Positions 36,150-49,260 of a stretch of DNA of 64,000 nt are shown piece by piece. A program made the position numbers and the translations under genes. The notes beneath the pieces were generated by a model. That model saw nothing but the letters and a program-made list of their open reading frames with translations. It ran no database searches and was not told the DNA's origin. The DNA is from Squalus acanthias (lineage: Eukaryota): contig CM059431.1 in assembly GCA_030390025.1 (NCBI GenBank), forward strand, positions 129,334,001 through 129,398,000. Direction: 5' to 3'. Positions within the stretch are counted from its first letter, which is position 1. Each line of letters opens with the position of its first letter.

Positions 36150-37450
36150 AAAGCCTTATCCAAAGGACGAATTGTATCCTGGCTCATCTATTTCAACTGT
36201 CTTTGTTGTCCAGTGTTAACTCATTTCAGTGGAAAGCAACAAACATTGTGTCTATGCACAAGAAAGGATGGAAGTCCATCCTTGATAACCGCAGACCAGT
36301 AAGTTCACTGGTCACTATCTCAAAGCTCATTAAGGCTCAATCAGAGCAACCTATTATCTGGTCACCAACTTACTTCAGAGTAAGTCAGTTGTGATTCTCT
36401 CAATCTCAAGATTCATAAATAGAATGAATCCTTTGATGCCCAACACAAAATAAGTGCAATCATGTTAGCAGTCAATTTCCTTTCTCCTCTGGTTCACAAC
36501 AACACATTTCGAGTAAGCATGAGACTTTGTAGTGGAGTATACGGAACAGACTTTATTGATACATAGTGATTGGTCTTAACTGTATACAGAGAGCAGTTTT
36601 TTTTCATTTTCTCTATCTTTCGAGCACTCTGACATACTGTTGAAAACCATGATCCTTTATACACCATATTTTGACTAAATCAAAGGAAAATGTCATAGAT
36701 AAGACTGTATGACCTATCTATTCCCACACCCTTTGTAAACAGCCTATTCATGTAAACAGTTTGCAGTTGCTTACTTCAGAACTACTTTCCTAAACGAGAC
36801 TTCCCGACGTAACAGTTGCTAATATCTTTGAAGTAAAAGCTTTACCAACTGCGATCTGTAGCTAATGGATTCCTCCTACCCATGTTTATTATCCCTAAAA
36901 CTAAAGTTACATTTTATTACCTTAAAACTAAACATTAACCACTCATGGTGATGTCATTACTAACACATTCCCTTAAACAAGCAATGCATTCTTTTTATGA
37001 CACTTCAAAGTCATCCTGTTTATATCGGAAAGCCTGTAAATCCAAGTTTCAAAGAGGTTTGACTGTTACACTTTCACGGTGTCCAACAAATCACTCTTGC
37101 CATTCCCAGAGCCTTTGAAAGGGTGTGGCACTCCAGCCTTATTGTGAAGCTTGCCTGTTGTCTCAGATTTGCTGAATTGAAAATATAACTTCCACAGAAG
37201 ACACAAACTTCGAGACTCAATAAATGTGCATCTCAAATGCTGTATTTGTCTTTTTATCACAACTACACAAGATTCTCTCTCAGTGAAGCAGACTATTTCC
37301 TCTATGCTTCAAGGACCTTTTGGTGACATCAAAAGTGATGTTGCTCTTTTTGCTAGTGACCCTTATCGTCCACCAGAATGCTTCCGATCTGAAAGACAAG
37401 CGACAAATAAATCACTGGGGACAGAAATGGAATTCAACATTGATTGACCA
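36150..37450 (+). pseudogene. Very old LINE RT remnant with an unrelated insert at about 36460-37070
   Basis: WKATNIVSMHKKGWKSILDNRRPVS, RAFERVWHSSLIVKL, VALFASD in RT order. Confidence 0.55.
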
Positions 37451-38183
37451 TGTCAATAACTCTGTCAACAAGGATTGAATATGATGTTGCTCACCCAAAT
37501 GTACACATGAGAGTTGGTTATAAATTTTCACTCCTTGGTTGGAAATTACACCACAGTAACAAAATATGCTTTTATAACTTTGATCACAATGATGATGACA
37601 ATCTAAGTGAGTTCATCTAATTCCAAATAGATTATATATATGTTCCCTGATAGCTTAACTAGTAGGTAGGTTTTCTATAGTGGTGCATCTGTACAGATAT
37701 AGTAGTTCAGTGACAAGTGTGATAGGGACATTTGCGATATTTAAGCATCAGATTGATTACTTTGATTTGAATAGGAAAGCTAGTCAGTGCTTCGTGGCTT
37801 TGTGATAATGTGCATCAGAATGATTCCTGGAATGTTACTCAAAATACTGGGAAACATTTGATTCATATTCTGCTTCAACTATTCCAGAATTTTAGACCAA
37901 ATAAGACAGAAAATAAAACTCTCTCTCCTGATATATTTACAGTACATTATTAGCAAATAATAACATTGTTCTAATACTATCAGTGATTTTCATTCTTATC
38001 TGTAAATTTTTTGTGCTTTGGGAAATATGAACTTCATTTTTCTTTCTCCATTGTGTACTCTATGAAACTGTACAGGGATGGTTTTGTAACTTTGAAGAAA
38101 ATTCAACATTCAGGGATTGAATAATTCATTGAAACATTTTTGTTTACATTTTTCCCATATTTTGTATGAAGCAGTTGTGCTGT

Positions 38184-39892
38184 CCCTCTCTACACCCCTT
38201 CACCTATCCACCTCCCTCTCTACACCCCTTCACCAATCCACCTCCCTCTCTACACCCCTTCACCAATCCACCTCCCTCTCTACACCCCTTCACCAATCCA
38301 CTTCCCTCTCTACACCCCTTCACCTATCCACCTCCCTCTCTACACCCCTTCACCTATCCACCTCCCTCTCTACACCCCTTCACCAATCCACTTCCCTCTC
38401 TACACCCCTTCACCTATCCACCTCCCTCTCTACACCCCTTCACCAATCCACCTCCCTCTCTATACCCCTTCACCTATCCACCTCCCTCTCTACACCCCTT
38501 CACCTATCCACCTCCCTCTCTACACCCCTTCACCTATCCACCTCCCTCTCTATAGCCCCACCAATTCACCTCCCTCTCTACACCCCTTCACCTATCCACC
38601 TCCCTCTCTACACCCCTTCACCTATCCACCTCCCTCTCTACACCCCTTCACCTATCCACCTCCCTCTCTACACCCCTTCACCTATCCACCTCCCTCTCTA
38701 CACCCCTTCACCTATCCACCTCCCTCTCTACACCCCTTTCACCTATCCACCTCCCTCTCTACACCCCTTCACCTATCCACCTCCCTCTCTATACCCCTTC
38801 ACCAATCCACCTCCCTCTCTACACCCCTTCACCTATCCACCTCCCTCTCTATACCCCTTCACCAATCCACCTCCCTCTCTACACCCCTTCACCTATCCAC
38901 CTCCCTCTCTCCACCCCTTCACCTATCCACCTCCCTCTCTATAGCCCTTCACCTATCCACCTCCCTCTCTACACCCCTTCACCTATCCACCTCCCTCTCT
39001 ATAGCCCTTCACCTATCCACCTCCCTCTCTACACCCCTTCACCTATCCACCTCCCTCTCTATAGCCCCACCTATCCACCTCTTTCTCTATACCCCTTCAC
39101 CTATCCACCTCCCTCTCTACACCCCTTCACCAATTCACTTCCCTCTCTACACCCCTTCACCAATCCACTTGCCCCTCTATACCCCTTCACCTATCCACCT
39201 CCCTCTCTACACCCCTTCACCTATCCACCTCCCTCTCTACACCCCTTCACCTATCCACCTCCCTCTCTCCACCCCTTCACCTATCCACCTCCCTCTCTAC
39301 ACCCCTTCACCTATCCACCTCCCTCTCTATAGCCCCACCTATCCACCTCTTTCTCTATACCCCTTCACCTATCCACCTCCCTCTCTACACCCCTTCACCA
39401 ATTCACTTCCCTCTCTACACCCCTTCACCAATCCACTTGCTCCTCTATACCCCTTCACCTATCCACCTCCCTCTCTACACCCCTTCACCAATCCACCTCC
39501 CTCTCTATAGCCCTTCACCTATCCACCTCCCTCTCTCCACCCCTTCACCTATCCACCTCCCTCTCTACACCCCTTCACCTATCCACCTCCCTCTCTATAG
39601 CCCCACCTATCCACCTCTTTCTCTATACCCCTTCACCTATCCACCTCCCTCTCTACACCCCTTCACCAATTCACTTCCCTCTCTACACCCCTTCACCTAT
39701 CCACCTCCCTCTCTATACCCCTTCACCTATCCACCTCCCTCTCTACACCCCTTCACCTATCCACCTCCCTCTCTATAGCCCTTCACCTATCCACCTCCCT
39801 CTCTACACCCCTTCACCTATCCACCTCCCTCTCTACACCCCTTCACCTATCCACCTCCCTCTCTATAGCCCTTCACCTATCCACCTCCCTCT
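38184..39892. repeat. 30-bp minisatellite (CCCTCTCTACACCCCTTCACCTATCCACCT)n, ~57 units
   Basis: Directly visible tandem array with 268-bp higher-order periodicity in its right half. Confidence 0.97.
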
Positions 39893-40061
39893 TCTTCTTT
39901 AAGACCCTCCATAAATCCACTTCTTTGACCAAGTTTTTATCCACCTCTCTTAATATCACCTCTGTTGGCTCAGCCTCCATTATCTTGTTTACGTCTCCGT
40001 GAAGCAACTTGGACATTTTTCTACATTAAATTTAGTATCTAATTATAAGTGCTGTTGTTGT
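39893..40061 (+). mobile_element. Old L2 3' end contiguous with the minisatellite
   Basis: TTTAAGACCCTCC...CTTTGACCAAG...GTTGTTG aligns to the reverse complement of 58470-58650. Confidence 0.7.
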
Positions 40062-40544
40062 CAACTTTTGTTGCAATTCTTATGTGTTCTATTTGCATTA
40101 CTTTTGAAATGAAAGCAAACATATTAATCTTTATTGTGTCATTAAGGAAAGAGTTTAACCACATCATTCAGAAAATTCTTCAGTGGCATTTATCTTTATT
40201 TCTTTTCTAGTTACACGCCAGAATGTTGAATTTGGTCATTTGTAAGGCATTTCTAACATTAAATGTTCCAAATGGACTTTGAAACTAATCCTTTCTCTGA
40301 AATTAATTGGGATTTTTATTTGTTATCACGATAAGCAAAATGCTGGAAATGCCACATTCCCTAGCCTTTTTGAGCAGGTGTTGGAGAGCCTTTTCCTGCA
40401 ACTACTTCAGTCCATGTGATGATGTCCCACAATGGTGTCAGCTAGGGAATTCCAGGATTTTAACCCAGCAACAATGAATGAGCAGTGGTATATGTCCAGG
40501 TCAAGCATTGTGAGATGACCGTGCATGTTATATAGCATGTTATA

Positions 40545-40870
40545 TGGGATGTCCCAAAGTTCTTCACAGCCAATTAAGTACTTTTGAAGTGCAGTTACTG
40601 TTGTAATGTAGGCAATACAGCAGCCAATTTGTGCAAAGCAATGTAACACAATACATTGTGATAAGACCAGATAATGTTTTAGTGATCTTGATTGAGGGAG
40701 AAATATTGGCCAGGACACCAGGAGAATTCCCTGCTCTTCAAATAATGCCATGGGATCCTTTACATCCACAGAGCAGGCAGACAGGACCTTGGTTTAAAGT
40801 TTCATCCAAGAGTTGGCACCTCTGACAATGCAACACTCCATCAGTACTTCGCTGAAGTGTCAGACTATTA
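40545..40870 (-). mobile_element. Deu-domain SINE fragment
   Basis: ATGCCATGGGATCCTTTACATCCAC and other blocks match the 33105 copy. Confidence 0.8.
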
Positions 40871-41090
40871 TAAGTGCTGTATTTGGACCTTGCTTTGCAT
40901 AAATTAATTGCCATATTTGCTTACTATCATATTTGCCAACAATGACTACACTTCAAAAGTACTGGCTGTGAAGCACTTTTGGACATTTGTAAATGGCGCT
41001 TTATCAAATGCAAGTTCGTTCTTCTTTCTATGTCTAGTTCAAGGCTGTGACATTGTCTGGAGTGAATGTTTATGGCAAAACCCAAATTAA

Positions 41091-43864
41091 GGCCACGATT
41101 TTGCTGACCTCAGCGAGTCTGGGGTGGGCAATGTCGGTGGCGGGTCCCGACCCCACTGCTGGCTCCATCCCGCTCTGTGAAATGACTTTCCATTGATGGG
41201 GCTTGTTAAGCCCGCCCAGCGCGTTTCCCGGGCCAATTAGAGGAAGCGGGTCTGGTGACGTCATTTCATGACACGTCATCAGCCTGTTTCCTTAAAGGGA
41301 CCATGTCCAAATTTATCTTGACATTTGTGCTGTCATTGTTCTAACGTATTGAAGTGCTGAAAACACTGACAAGCACTGCACAGAGGTGCACGGCTGCACC
41401 CAGGCTCTTCCATGACTCCCTCCATATGCTTATGGAAGGAGTCACAGCACGCAGGGAGGTTCTTTCCCTTCCCATGGGCGGAAGAGATCTAAACAGCCTG
41501 GTTGCACATTGCAGAGGAGGGCACAAGCAGGGATATGGTCAGGAGGGCTTGGGTGCAGTGGCGTAAACCTTTCAATGATCTCATTCGATCAGGAAAGGTT
41601 AGTGCAAAGCCACACTCAACCTCATCCTGCTGTACCTCTCATCACATCCCCATCACTCTGCCTTCCCTACCCTACTCCTGCTCCTCCTTATTCACACCAA
41701 TTTTCCTTGCACCTCCACCCATCCCTCTCTATCTACATTATCACATCCCCATCGCACTAGCCACCCCTCACACTCACCCTCATAGAACATAGAACATAGA
41801 ACATAGAACAGTACAGCACAGTACAGGCCCTTCGGCCCTCGATGTTGTGCCGAGCATTGTCCGAGACCAAGATCAAGCTATCACACTCCCTATCACTCTG
41901 GTGTGCTCCATGTGCTTATCCAATAACCGCTTGAAAGTTCCTAAAGTGTCCGACTCCACTATCACAGCAGGCAGTCCATTCCACACCCCAACCACTCTCT
42001 GAGTAAAGAATCTACCTCGGACATCCCTTCTATATCTCCCCCCATGCACCTTATAGTTATGCCCCCTTGTAACAGCTGCCTCTACCCGAGGAAATAGTCT
42101 CTGAACATCCACTCTATCTATCCCCCTCATCATCTTATAAACCTCTATTAAGTCGCCTCTCATCCTCCTCCGCTCTAAAGAGAAAAGCCCCAACTCCCTC
42201 AATCTTTCCTCATAAGACCTCCCCCCCAAACCAGGCAGCATCCTGGTAAATCTCCTTTGCACTCTTTCCAATGCTTCCACGTCCTTCCTATAGTGAGGTG
42301 ACCAGAACTGCACACAATATTCCAAATGTGGTCTCACCAAGGTCCTGTACAGTTGCAGCATAACCTCATGGTTCTTAAACTCAAACCCTCTGTTAATAAA
42401 CGCCAACACACCATAGGCCTTCTTTACTGCTCTGTCCACTTGAGTGGCAACCTTCAGAGATCTGTGGATATGAACCCCCAGATCCCTCTGCTCCTCCACG
42501 TTCCTCAGAACCCTGCCGTTGACCCTGTAATCCTTATTCAAATTTGCCCTACCAAAATGAATCACCTCGCACTTATCAGGGTTAAATTCCATCTGCCATT
42601 TTTCGGCCCAGCTCTGCATCCTATCAATGTCTCTTTGCAGCCTACAACTGCCCTCCACCTCATCCACTGCTCCACCAATCTTGGTGTCATCAGCAAATTT
42701 ACTGATCCACCATTCAGTCCCCTCCTCCAAGTCATTGATAAAAATCACAAACAGCAGAGGACCCAGCACCGACCCCTGTGGCACACCGCTGGTGTGGCAC
42801 ATCCTAGTGCAATCATACCAACTAACAACACACAAGGGTAGGCACTTGGGTGTTTTATGCAATGTTCCTGTAAAGTTTCTGTTAATGTGCTGCCAAAGAT
42901 TGAAAGCTTTATTTTCAACACTTTCTGCTCTTGGACAGATTTGTGTGCACCTTTGAAAGTGGCTTAGTGAGTTGCAGTGAATGGTGAGACATAACGGTAA
43001 CCCCTGCAATGGCTTGGACATTGTAGGGATGCTTTATGGTGTTGGTGTAGGGTGGTGTCAACCTGGCACATCATGTGGCAGCCAGGGTGTACAGCATCAA
43101 GTGAAGTAAATCTGACCATGATGAGGCCATCCCTGGCCTCCCGGGTGGCACTATGCTCGGGTGCTGATGCTCTCTGCCCTGTGCAGCATCAGGTAGTTGA
43201 GGAGAAGGTTGGTGGTGTTGTTGTTGGTGCTGCTGGTGTGCCTGGTGCTGCTGGTGTTGGGGCTGATCATGGTCAGATTCTGAGGACCAAGTGAAACAGT
43301 ATAAACAGTACCCATGCTGATGGAATAGATGGCAGGTGATGTTGAGATGACAGAAGCGATCTGTCAATAGTGAGAGACGTTGTTCCAATAAGGTGACACT
43401 GGATAGAGAGTTTGCTCCAAACATTTACAGCCTGCATAAAGCTCAATCTGTGTTCCAAATGCAGTAAGCAACAGCTTCTGAGCTTGGAAAGTGAACAGCT
43501 GTGAGGTGGGAGCTTTTATAGCACATTTCAAACTTTCAGTAATCAGCTGATGCAATGGCAATTCAATTCCTGCCTCAGCTTAACAGACATGATCCCCGAG
43601 CAGCATGGACCCTGTGGGAGAGCAATTAAACAGAAAAGTTAAGGTAAAATGTATTCTTAATTATCTCTCAACAAGGCAATAATCAGCTTAATTGGGTCCC
43701 CCACCACTGCCTGTCGGGTCTGCTCAGCGCTGACAGACCCAACATTGGGAAAGGCGTGTGGCGGTGGGTTGACAGCAGGGTCCCAACCTGCTGTCAAAAA
43801 AAACCACTTTCCCATCTGACCCACCACCGATCCCGCCCACTGACCCCCCCGGAAAATTCTGGCC
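41091..43864 (+). mobile_element. Family B non-autonomous Harbinger with CR1 insert
   Basis: TIRs GGCCACGATTTT / AAAATTCTGGCC; TSD TAA on both sides. Confidence 0.9.
41784..42793 (-). mobile_element. Young 5'-truncated CR1 with uninterrupted RT C-terminal frame
   Basis: [11 protein letters not shown] to stop at 41873 with no lesions; (TTCTATG)n tail. Confidence 0.93.
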
Positions 43865-44139
43865 TAATTGTCAGTTATTGGTGAACAGGTTATTGGTGAA
43901 TAAGTGCCCTTTGATGGCACTGTTGATGACTTCTTCCCTTTGATAATTGGGAGGCGGCTGATAAGATGCGAATTGGCCAGATTAGCTTTTCCCTGCTTTT
44001 TGTGGATAAGACATGCTTGTCCAATTAACCGCATTGTTGGATAACAGCACTGGAATAATTAGCTAAGAGAGTGGCTAGTTCTAGTGTGCCAAATTTCAGC
44101 ATTACAGCAAGGCTGTTGTCAGGGCCCATAAACTTCAAT

Positions 44140-44901
44140 GGCCCAGAAATTAAACATGGATGGTTCCCGCGGGGGTAAGGCTTCCCCGCGATATCGCACT
44201 CCGCGCCTACCTTTTTGCTCCGGGCCCACATGAACTTTAGTTTCAAAGGCTCTCTCTGTTGGAACCGTGCAGTGCTTGCGTGACCCAGAGGCACAATTAG
44301 TTCGTGCGAGCTCTGGGATCACGTGATTCAGTTAGAGCCAATGGCAGCACACCATCTTTCATTCATAGTTTTGACGGCAAGAGCTGTCAAAGCTATGAAT
44401 ACTACAAACCCCCAAAAGAACAGCTAAACCTCAATTAAATTTAAAAAAAGCCATCACATTAATAAAATAAGTATAGTTAAATAAATTAACCACTTTAAAC
44501 AAAAAATTAACTTTTTGAAAAATTTAAAATCTTTTTAAAAGTTATAAAAATAAACTTACCTTTCTTTAAAGTCTCTAAAAAAGATAAACCTGTTGAAAAA
44601 AATTTAAAATAACACTTAATTAACTACTTACCTTGTTAAAAGGGGGTCCTACGCCTGCTTTCTTTGTGTGTAAAATCTTCACCACTTACCTGCGCGTTCA
44701 AAACTGAAAAAAAATCTAAGTGCACTGCGAGCGCACAACCTGTAGTGCGCACGTGGTTCACTTAGGAACCGCCCCCTTTTCAATTCACGAAGTGCCGGTT
44801 TCCCGCGCATGCGCAGTGCATGCAGGAAACCGGCAATTCGGGATCGAATACGCGAGAGTACACAGTGCGTACTCTCGCGTATTAGATCTAATTTTCGGGC
44901 C
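44140..44901. mobile_element. Family D MITE (762 bp), inverted relative to 24609
   Basis: TIRs GGCCCAGAAATT / AATTTTCGGGCC; TSD AAT on both sides. Confidence 0.9.
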
Positions 44902-46789
44902 AATGTGTTCAATGTACATCTAAACGTCACATGGAGTGAATATAATTAGCTGGATACTGTCATCTGTGATGGTGGGGACATTGAAAGGGGGCCAAGTGGA
45001 ATTATCCATTTTGCACTTTTGACTGAAGATATTTGCAAACACCTCAGCCTTGTTTCTCACACTGTTGCCTGGTTTACCACCATTATTCTCGACTGGATGT
45101 GATATAATTAAAGGGCTTTGCATTGGTCCATTGATTGTTGAGACTGCTCAACTCTGCCTACAGCATGCAGGTAGCCCTCTTTTGTACCTTCACAATATTG
45201 GCGTCTCACTACAACAGTGACTACACTCCAAAAGTACTTCATTGGCTGTAAAGCGCTTTGAGACGTCCAGTGGGTGTGAAAGGCGCTATATAAATGCAAG
45301 TCTTTCTTCCTTCTTTCATTGCCTGGTGCTGCTCCTGGTATGCCCTTCTACACGCCATTGAACCAAGGTTGGTCTCTTATCATTGTGGCAATGGAGGACT
45401 GAGGAATGTGTCAGGCCATTAGGTTACAGATTGTAGTGGTATATAATTGTGTTGGTTCCCTCACCACCTGATGCAGCCCCAAACTGGCAGCCGTGCCCTT
45501 CAGGACTCAGCTAGCTCGGTCAGTGGTGGTACTACCGAGTCAGTCTTGGTGATGGACATTAAAGTCCTGCACCCAGAATACATTCCGCATCCTTGCTTCC
45601 CTCAATGTTTTCTCAAAGTGGTGTTCAACATGAGGGAGTACTGATTTGTTATCTGAGGGAGTTGCGGTAGATGATAATCAGCAGAATGTTTCCTTCACCT
45701 TGTTTGACCTAAAGCCATGAATTTCATGGGGTCTGGAGTCAATGTTGAGGACTCCTAGCAACATCAGATTGGATACCACTGTGCTTCCACCTCTGCTGAA
45801 TCTATCCTTCTACTGGGACAAGACATACACAAGAGATGGTGATGGAGGAGTCTGGGATGTTGGCTGATAGATATGATTCTGCAACTTTGACTATATCAGG
45901 CTGTATTTAACCAGTCTGTGGGACAGCTCTATACATTTGGACACCAGTGCCCAAATGTTAGTGAGGAGGACTTTGCAGGTTCAGCTGGGCTGGGATTTCC
46001 TAATTCATGTCCTGTGATTTCTACAACAGAGATTAAGAACTCAGTGGAATAGGACGATTCAATTGGTATCCCATCATTTCATGGCACTGCATGGTAGTAC
46101 TTGAAAGGTTTGTACCAGCATGTCACCTTGACTTGTTATAAAAATAATCTCATTTTTATTTCATTTTCAGAAGTATTCTTTTGTGAATTGACTTTCCTGC
46201 AGTCAATAATTTTTTGAAATCTCTTAACTTATTTTGGCTAAAGTTAAAATGAAAACTTCACTTTCAAAACCATGTACCAGAAGCAGGACATCACTGCACT
46301 GGATAAAGGAAGGAAAGATGAACAGGTAATCAATCTGCTGATAGGTCTGGTGCTAAGGAGACAGATTCTGTCTATCTTCCAGTTGATTCTGGTGATAATT
46401 CCAATAACAGGAAGGGTTCTATCATGTCTTGTGAAGTTTCTGACCATAGCTTTGCTCTTAATGCAGAAATGTGTTTCTGCTACATTTCAAACAGCAGGAG
46501 TTCAGATAATAAAAGGAAGTGATAAAGGTAGAAGATCTGCTTCAAGGAGCATATAAAAGAGTTTTATAGAGGATAAAATTGCTATTGCACATTGCAAGGT
46601 ACATGCGTGAGATGGCACCAAGGGTCAGAATAGATAATGATGTGCAGAAGAAAGAAAGCACTCTGCAAAACTCAAACATAAAAAAAATGGGAAAGGCTTC
46701 TATGGTATTTATTTAATTTCCAATGTAGAGACGTCAGTCTGATTGCAAAGAAAAAAAAACTTGCATTTATATAGCGCCCTTCGTGACCG

Positions 46790-49039
46790 CAAGCCCCGTG
46801 CAATGTTGGAGCCGGACTCCTCCATGCTCCTTGACACTGACAAGAGGCTCTCTGGCAGGCCTGCCATTGCATCAAGCATTTCTGTGTACATGCCCATCAC
46901 CCTTCTTCTGAAGGCCGCCCCATCGAGCTCATCATCTGAGTTCTGTGCAGCAGAACTCGTGCGTGAGCTCGCCCTCCCGGAAGCTGGCACCCGAGCCACC
47001 TTTTCCCCCGGCCTGGCTGCAACCCACTCGTGCCTGGAGCAGCTGATGCGCCACTCACATCAGCACATGCTATCTATGGAGAACAGATGGCAGAGGCTCA
47101 TAGACCTCCTCTCTAGGAAGGATGTCAACGTAGACTTGAGCCCTCACGGCCCCACTGCTGTGCAGCAAAGTGCTGTCCAGCTCCTTGCGAGCAGGTAGGT
47201 GCGGGTGGCCCATGAGAGGGGTGATGGTGAGAGGGGAGATTGAAGTGGGGGCTCCTCTCAAAGTGCTCACGCTACTCCCCCGATGCCTCCTCGGATCGCG
47301 ATGGCCCAGTCTGCCCCTGCACAGTCCCAGGAGGAGCAGACTTTGGCGGGGCCATCAGTGGCTCCAAAGCCCAGAGGACATCCACCAAAAGTTTCTACGC
47401 AGTTGCAGCAGGGACGTGAGCAGGCTGCCTCTACCTCTGCTGAAGCCACAGGGGTTGGACCTCATAGAAGCACGTGTAAGAGAAAGATGACACAGAAGTA
47501 GATGCACAAGGGTAAGCACATGGGTGTTTAAAGAATTGTTTCTGTTAAGGTTCCGTTAATCTTATGTCACATATAAAACTATTTATTTTCATCACTTTCC
47601 GGTCATGCCCAATTTTGGAAGTGGCTTAATGAGTTGGAGTGAATGGTGAGACATAACGTTACCTCCAGCAATGGGGGTCAGTGTGAAAGGAATGGTTTGG
47701 TCATTGTAAGGAGGCTTTATGGTGTTGCTGGCGAGGGAAAGAAGAGATGTTTGAGTGAGAGTGATGGTATGAGTGTAAGGATTGTGTGGGCTACATCTTT
47801 TGAGGCTGACTATGAGGGAGTGTGGTGCCATTGCCAAAGTGCCAATGCAAAGTGGCTTCCTTGTGTGTTGTCAGTTGGTATGATTGTGTTAGGATGAGGG
47901 TGAGTGTAAGGGGTGGTTAGTCAGATGGGGATGTGAGTATGTAGGTAGAGAGAGAGGGATGGGTAGACGTGCAAGGTATGTTGGTGTGAGAAATGATGTG
48001 CGGGAGTAGGCTTGGGAAGGCAGAGGAAATACGCAGGTCTGCCTTAATAGGTGTCATTAAGGAAAAGTCGCTCTGAGGAGCAGGATGAAATGAGGAACGG
48101 GGTCCCGACCGCCATGCCGACTGCCCGCACCCCGACCCGCCCAGGTAATGAAAAATCTGGCCGTGCTTCACCTCCACCTGTCTGCTGCTGCTCATGTCTG
48201 TTATGTACCACCTTGGCCTGCAAGAGAAAGGGAAGTGTGTCAGTGAGTGTGCTGCAATGTGTTTGGGTGATGTGCCGGTCATGGTTGAATAGCTGGCAGT
48301 GTGTGCAAGGTGTGAGATGTGGGTGTGAGGGTTGCAGCAGTGGTAAGTGTGTGAGGGTGAGGTGAAGCTATGATTGTGAGGTATGAGTCCTGTTTGATAG
48401 AGATTGTTGGTAGGTGAGTGATGGGGGTGTGGTGCATTGAGCAGTGTGTGAGGCTGGTGGTGCAGTTGGTAGGATGTGGCATTTGAAGATGCATTCGCTT
48501 ACATTAACAACTCGTGTGAGGTCATTAAACTTCTTACAGTACCGGCTCCAGGTCCTGGGGACAACACACGTGACACTGACGCTTCTGCGATCTCCTCCCA
48601 CTGATATTTGCCGTGCTGCCTGGAAGGCCTCCTGCCACCCTGTGGGTAGAAGACCTGTCTTCTTCGGTGCACCCCAGGACCAAGGCCTCCAGTGCTGCAT
48701 TTGAAAATCTCCTTGCCCTCTCTCTTCCCTGTTGAGCCATGGCTGCATGCAGAGTGACAACGAGGTGCTTCTGCAACAAAGCACCTCCCCTTTAAGTAGT
48801 GCAGAGAGCCTTGGCAAAATTTTATTGGCCAGGAGACTGCACCCGATATTGGCCCCTCTCTTGAGCGCTAAGCCAACCAGCAGTGCATTTAGTGCTGAGC
48901 TCAGCGCTCCAATCATGTAAATGAGCAGGCAGCACGAATTTTGCGTGCTGCTCGCACCACTTTGAATGGGTGTGGGCATATTGCGCTTTATGCTTCGTGC
49001 TTCCTGCGCCCGTTTCAGGCCTAAACAAATTTCACCCCC
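46790..49039 (-). pseudogene. Rearranged mosaic of Harbinger Myb remnants (family E exons 1-2 at ~48163-48740 minus; family C-like pieces 47040-48162 in both orientations)
   Basis: MAQQGRERARRFSNAALEAL, KKFNDLTRVV, MYTEMLDAMAGLPESL; TIR-like ends at 48162 and 49039. Confidence 0.7.
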
Positions 49040-49152
49040 AGAGTAATAATCTGCCCTGATCTGAATATTTAAAAGTAAAATAGAGAAACTAAAACTCTAA
49101 CAGGTCGCTTCTGGAGCTCAAATCCGTTACACAGGAATTCAATCAGGCTGTT

Positions 49153-49260
49153 GGTGTGTATGTGTATGTATGTATGTGCATGTGTGCGTGTGCATGTTTG
49201 TGTGCATGTGTATGTGAGGTGTGTGTGTGTACGTGGGTGTTTGTGGATGTGTTTGATGGT
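49153..49260. repeat. Degenerate (TG)n microsatellite
   Basis: Visible interrupted TG/TATG run. Confidence 0.85.

Larger units (their letters stand above)
40335..46010 (-). mobile_element. Old copy of the second LINE family fragmented by nested inserts (pieces ~40335-40520, 41030-41090, 43865-44139, 44902-46010)
   Basis: Pieces match reverse complements of 17030-18960 in colinear order. Confidence 0.72.

Noticed and set aside
38117..39778. Long Ser/Pro-rich ORFs
   Set aside because: Artefacts of a stop-free 30-bp tandem repeat
38184..39892. CRISPR-like periodicity
   Set aside because: No unique spacers, no cas genes, eukaryotic context
41873..43021. 382-aa ORF as a novel fusion gene
   Set aside because: Chance read-through from Harbinger non-coding sequence into a truncated CR1 RT
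46244..46660. Hydrophobic ORFs with a faint GPCR TM3-like phrase (SILTLGAISRMYLAMC, minus strand)
   Set aside because: Short, stop-bounded, no DRY motif or consistent helix spacing
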